Of a stretch of DNA of 34,851 nucleotides, positions 32,674 through 34,851 are shown in pieces. The number at the start of each line of letters is the position of its first letter. The stretch's first letter is position 1. This stretch comes from Eubacteriales bacterium (GTDB lineage: Bacteria; Bacillota; Clostridia; Oscillospirales; CAG-272). Below the pieces are notes generated by a model, which searched no databases, was not told the origin of the DNA, and saw only the letters and a program-made list of their open reading frames with translations. The DNA lies in assembly GCA_045616925.1 (NCBI GenBank), contig JAZLHQ010000199.1, forward strand, positions 1 through 34,851. Reading direction: 5' to 3'. A program made the translations under genes and the position numbers.

Positions 32674-33513
32674 ATGAGTGAGATCAAACGCGAATATTTT
32701 GTCGGCGAACGCGCGCTTTTCAAGGCACACGACCTTGTGATCAGCGAATGCACGTTCGCGGACGGCGAATCACCGCTCAAGGAAGGCAGAAATCTCACGC
32801 TCGACAACTGCCTTTTCAAGTGGAGATACCCGCTCTGGTACTGCCGCGGAGTCAAGGTCGACTCCTGCACGTTCTTCGAGGACGCGCGCGCCGGCATCTG
32901 GTACACGGACGACGTCGAGATCCGCAATTCGACCCTTTTGTTCCCGAAATCCCTGCGCAGATGCAAAAATATGACGCTTGAAAACGTCACGATCCCGAAG
33001 GCGAGCGAAACGCTCTGGGCGTGCGAAGGCGTGAACGCGAAGAATATCGACGTCACGGGCGAATATTTCGCGATGAATTCGTCGGATTTGACGATCGACA
33101 ATCTGAATCTCGCGGGCAAATATTCCTTCGACGGCGTTAAAAATGTCGTGATCGACCACAGCCGCCTCGTCACGAAGGATTGCTTTTGGAACAGCGAGAA
33201 CGTCACCGTGAAAAACAGCTTCGTGACCGCCGAATACATCGGCTGGAACTCGAAAAACATGACGTTCGAGAACTGCACGCTCGAAAGCCTGCAGGGATTC
33301 TGCTACATCGAGAATCTGAAGCTTGTCAACTGTCGGCTCATCAATACGAACCTCGCGTTCGAGTATTCGACGGTGGACGCCGATATCGTCGGCACGATCG
33401 ACAGCGTCAAGAATCCTCGTTCCGGCAGGATCGTCTGCGACGGCATCGGAGAACTCATTATGGAAGAGTCCGAGGTCGACCCCAAAAAGACGGAGATCAT
33501 CATCCGGAAATAA
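32674..33513 (+). CDS. DUF3737 family protein (predicted right-handed beta-helix)
   Basis: Start trimmed to MSEIKREYFVGERALFKAHDLVISECTFADGESPLKEGRNLTLDNCLFKWRYPLWY, the characteristic DUF3737 opening. The ORF-track extension overlaps rplL and its terminator. 279 aa. Confidence 0.8.
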   Translation: MSEIKREYFVGERALFKAHDLVISECTFADGESPLKEGRNLTLDNCLFKWRYPLWYCRGVKVDSCTFFEDARAGIWYTDDVEIRNSTLLFPKSLRRCKNMTLENVTIPKASETLWACEGVNAKNIDVTGEYFAMNSSDLTIDNLNLAGKYSFDGVKNVVIDHSRLVTKDCFWNSENVTVKNSFVTAEYIGWNSKNMTFENCTLESLQGFCYIENLKLVNCRLINTNLAFEYSTVDADIVGTIDSVKNPRSGRIVCDGIGELIMEESEVDPKKTEIIIRK

Positions 33514-33549
33514 ATGAAAACGCTCCCAAAAGGGAGCGTATTCATTTTG
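33513..33549. terminator. Bidirectional terminator between the DUF3737 gene and the convergent cysteine desulfurase gene
   Basis: aatgaaaacgctccc-aaaa-gggagcgtattcatt, a 15-bp stem with one mismatch and T-rich flanks on both strands. Confidence 0.8.
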
Positions 33550-33552
33550 CTT

Positions 33553-34713
33553 TTATTTTCCCGCTACGGCGAGAAGCTCGGCGTAGACATCGTTGACCGC
33601 TTCGGCGGCTATAAGCATCTCGTCGACCGTGTTTTCGATCGAAGTGCTGACGCGGACAGTCGAAAGCGCGGCGCTTTCGTCGAGTCCGTAGGACGTAAGC
33701 GCGAAACTCTTGTGCCCGCCGTTCGACGAGCAGGCGGAGCCGCCCGATACGCACACGCCGCGCACGGACAAGGCGTTGACGGCGTGCGACGAAAGGACGT
33801 GCGGGAGCGTGATGCTTACGATGTGATCGACGTGCCGTTCGGGCTCGTTGACGACGATCCTTTTATCAAGCGCGCCGAGAAACGCCGAGCGCAGCTCTTT
33901 TGCGTGGGAAAGGTAAGTATCAAGTTCTGCGGCGCCCTGCTTCGAGGCGCCCGCCAAAGCCGCGATCCCGAGAAGATTTTCGGTGCCGGAGCGCATTCCG
34001 CTCTCCTGTCCGCCGCCCAGAAGGATCGGGACGAGCTTCTTCGCCTTCATCACTTTTTCGTCGACGAGAAGAGCTCCGACGCCCTTCGGCGCGTGGATCT
34101 TGTGCCCGCTGATCGTGATCATATCGGCGCCGAGCGAGACGGCGGAGGGCTTCATTTTGAGAAATCCCTGCGTGAGATCCGTGTGCGTGACCGCGTTCGG
34201 AGACAAACGCTTCGTCAGAGCAAACGCGGATTTTACGTCGTAAACGGCGCCCGTTTCGTTGTTGACCGCCATGATCGAAACGAGGACCGTGCGCTCCGAA
34301 AGATTGGAGGCGAGTTCGTTCAGATCGATCTTTCCGCCGACCGTTTTCAGATAGTAAACGTCGATCTTTCCCATTTCGGAGAGCCGTTTCAGCGGCTCGA
34401 GCACCGCGGGATGCTCGCTGTCCGTCGTGATATACTGCGGCTTGAAACGGAAATTTTTGGCAAGATACGTGCCGAAGATCGCGAGATTGTCGCTCTCCGA
34501 TCCGCAGGCGGTGAAGATCAGACGGTACGCTCTCTCGTCACGAACACCGAGCGCCGCCATTACGTCGGCGCGCGACTGATCGAGCAGACGCTTCGCTTCG
34601 ATGCCGAGCGCGTGTACCGACGAAGGATTTGCGTATTTTTCGGTCGCTTCTTTGATTTTTTCAAGCGCACCCGCCCTGAGCGCGGTCGTTGCGCTGTTGT
34701 CAAGATAGATCAT
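33553..34713 (-). CDS. nifS: Cysteine desulfurase, NifS/IscS class V aminotransferase
   Basis: 386 aa. It opens MIYLDNSATT, has the PLP lysine context ISGHKIHAPKGVGAL, RSGTENL, and the active-site Cys loop SGGSACSS. Confidence 0.92.
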   Translation of the reverse strand: MIYLDNSATTALRAGALEKIKEATEKYANPSSVHALGIEAKRLLDQSRADVMAALGVRDERAYRLIFTACGSESDNLAIFGTYLAKNFRFKPQYITTDSEHPAVLEPLKRLSEMGKIDVYYLKTVGGKIDLNELASNLSERTVLVSIMAVNNETGAVYDVKSAFALTKRLSPNAVTHTDLTQGFLKMKPSAVSLGADMITISGHKIHAPKGVGALLVDEKVMKAKKLVPILLGGGQESGMRSGTENLLGIAALAGASKQGAAELDTYLSHAKELRSAFLGALDKRIVVNEPERHVDHIVSITLPHVLSSHAVNALSVRGVCVSGGSACSSNGGHKSFALTSYGLDESAALSTVRVSTSIENTVDEMLIAAEAVNDVYAELLAVAGK

Positions 34714-34851
34714 ATCAGTCGATCACGATCAGGGCGACCATATCGGCGACGTCGGAGGCGTGTCTTTCGTAAAGCGCGGGCGTTGTGATCTACGCGTTGT
34801 CCCAGTCCACGCTTGAGGATGTGACGGTCGAGGACTGCCGAACCAAGGGCG

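Overview
This is a chromosomal window from a fairly high-GC (about 55-62% in the lines I sampled) Gram-positive bacterium, probably a gut Clostridia/Oscillospiraceae type. That taxonomic guess is inference from gene content, lipoboxes and sigma-A type TTGACA-17-TATAAT promoters. All calls come from reading the sequence and ORF translations by eye, with no searches run. Most of the window is ordinary. Housekeeping genes are ald, gpsA, cysK, rlmD, a PAP2 phosphatase, rplJ-rplL with an L10-leader attenuator, and a NifS-type cysteine desulfurase. Interleaved are signal-peptide-less glycan-processing enzymes: GH95, GH51, GH16, GH29, a CE15-like esterase and a BD-FAE-like esterase. Nearly every real gene has a long stop-free mirror ORF on the opposite strand, which I treat as a codon-usage artefact. 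The most unusual content is listed below.

1. A 9.3-kb tandem array of five paralogous lipoprotein genes (17781-27105). Each has a lipobox signal peptide, a charged linker, a shared unrecognised N-domain and a variable run of YxENG beta-hairpin repeats (MORN-variant/YwqK-like or YD-like). Three carry duplicated private promoters, and the first appears co-transcribed with the GH16 gene.
2. A single-gene low-GC islet encoding a DEDDh exonuclease-BRCT-Cys-rich fusion protein (8370-10193).
3. A PspA-less YdjI(SPFH)-YdjG(zinc ribbon)-TPM operon whose SPFH protein carries near-identical tandem zinc-ribbon repeats.
4. A composite palindromic intergenic repeat family at three loci, one abutting a 48-nt relic of a gpsA-like gene.

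I found no CRISPR array, tRNA, rRNA, transposase, integrase or reverse transcriptase.
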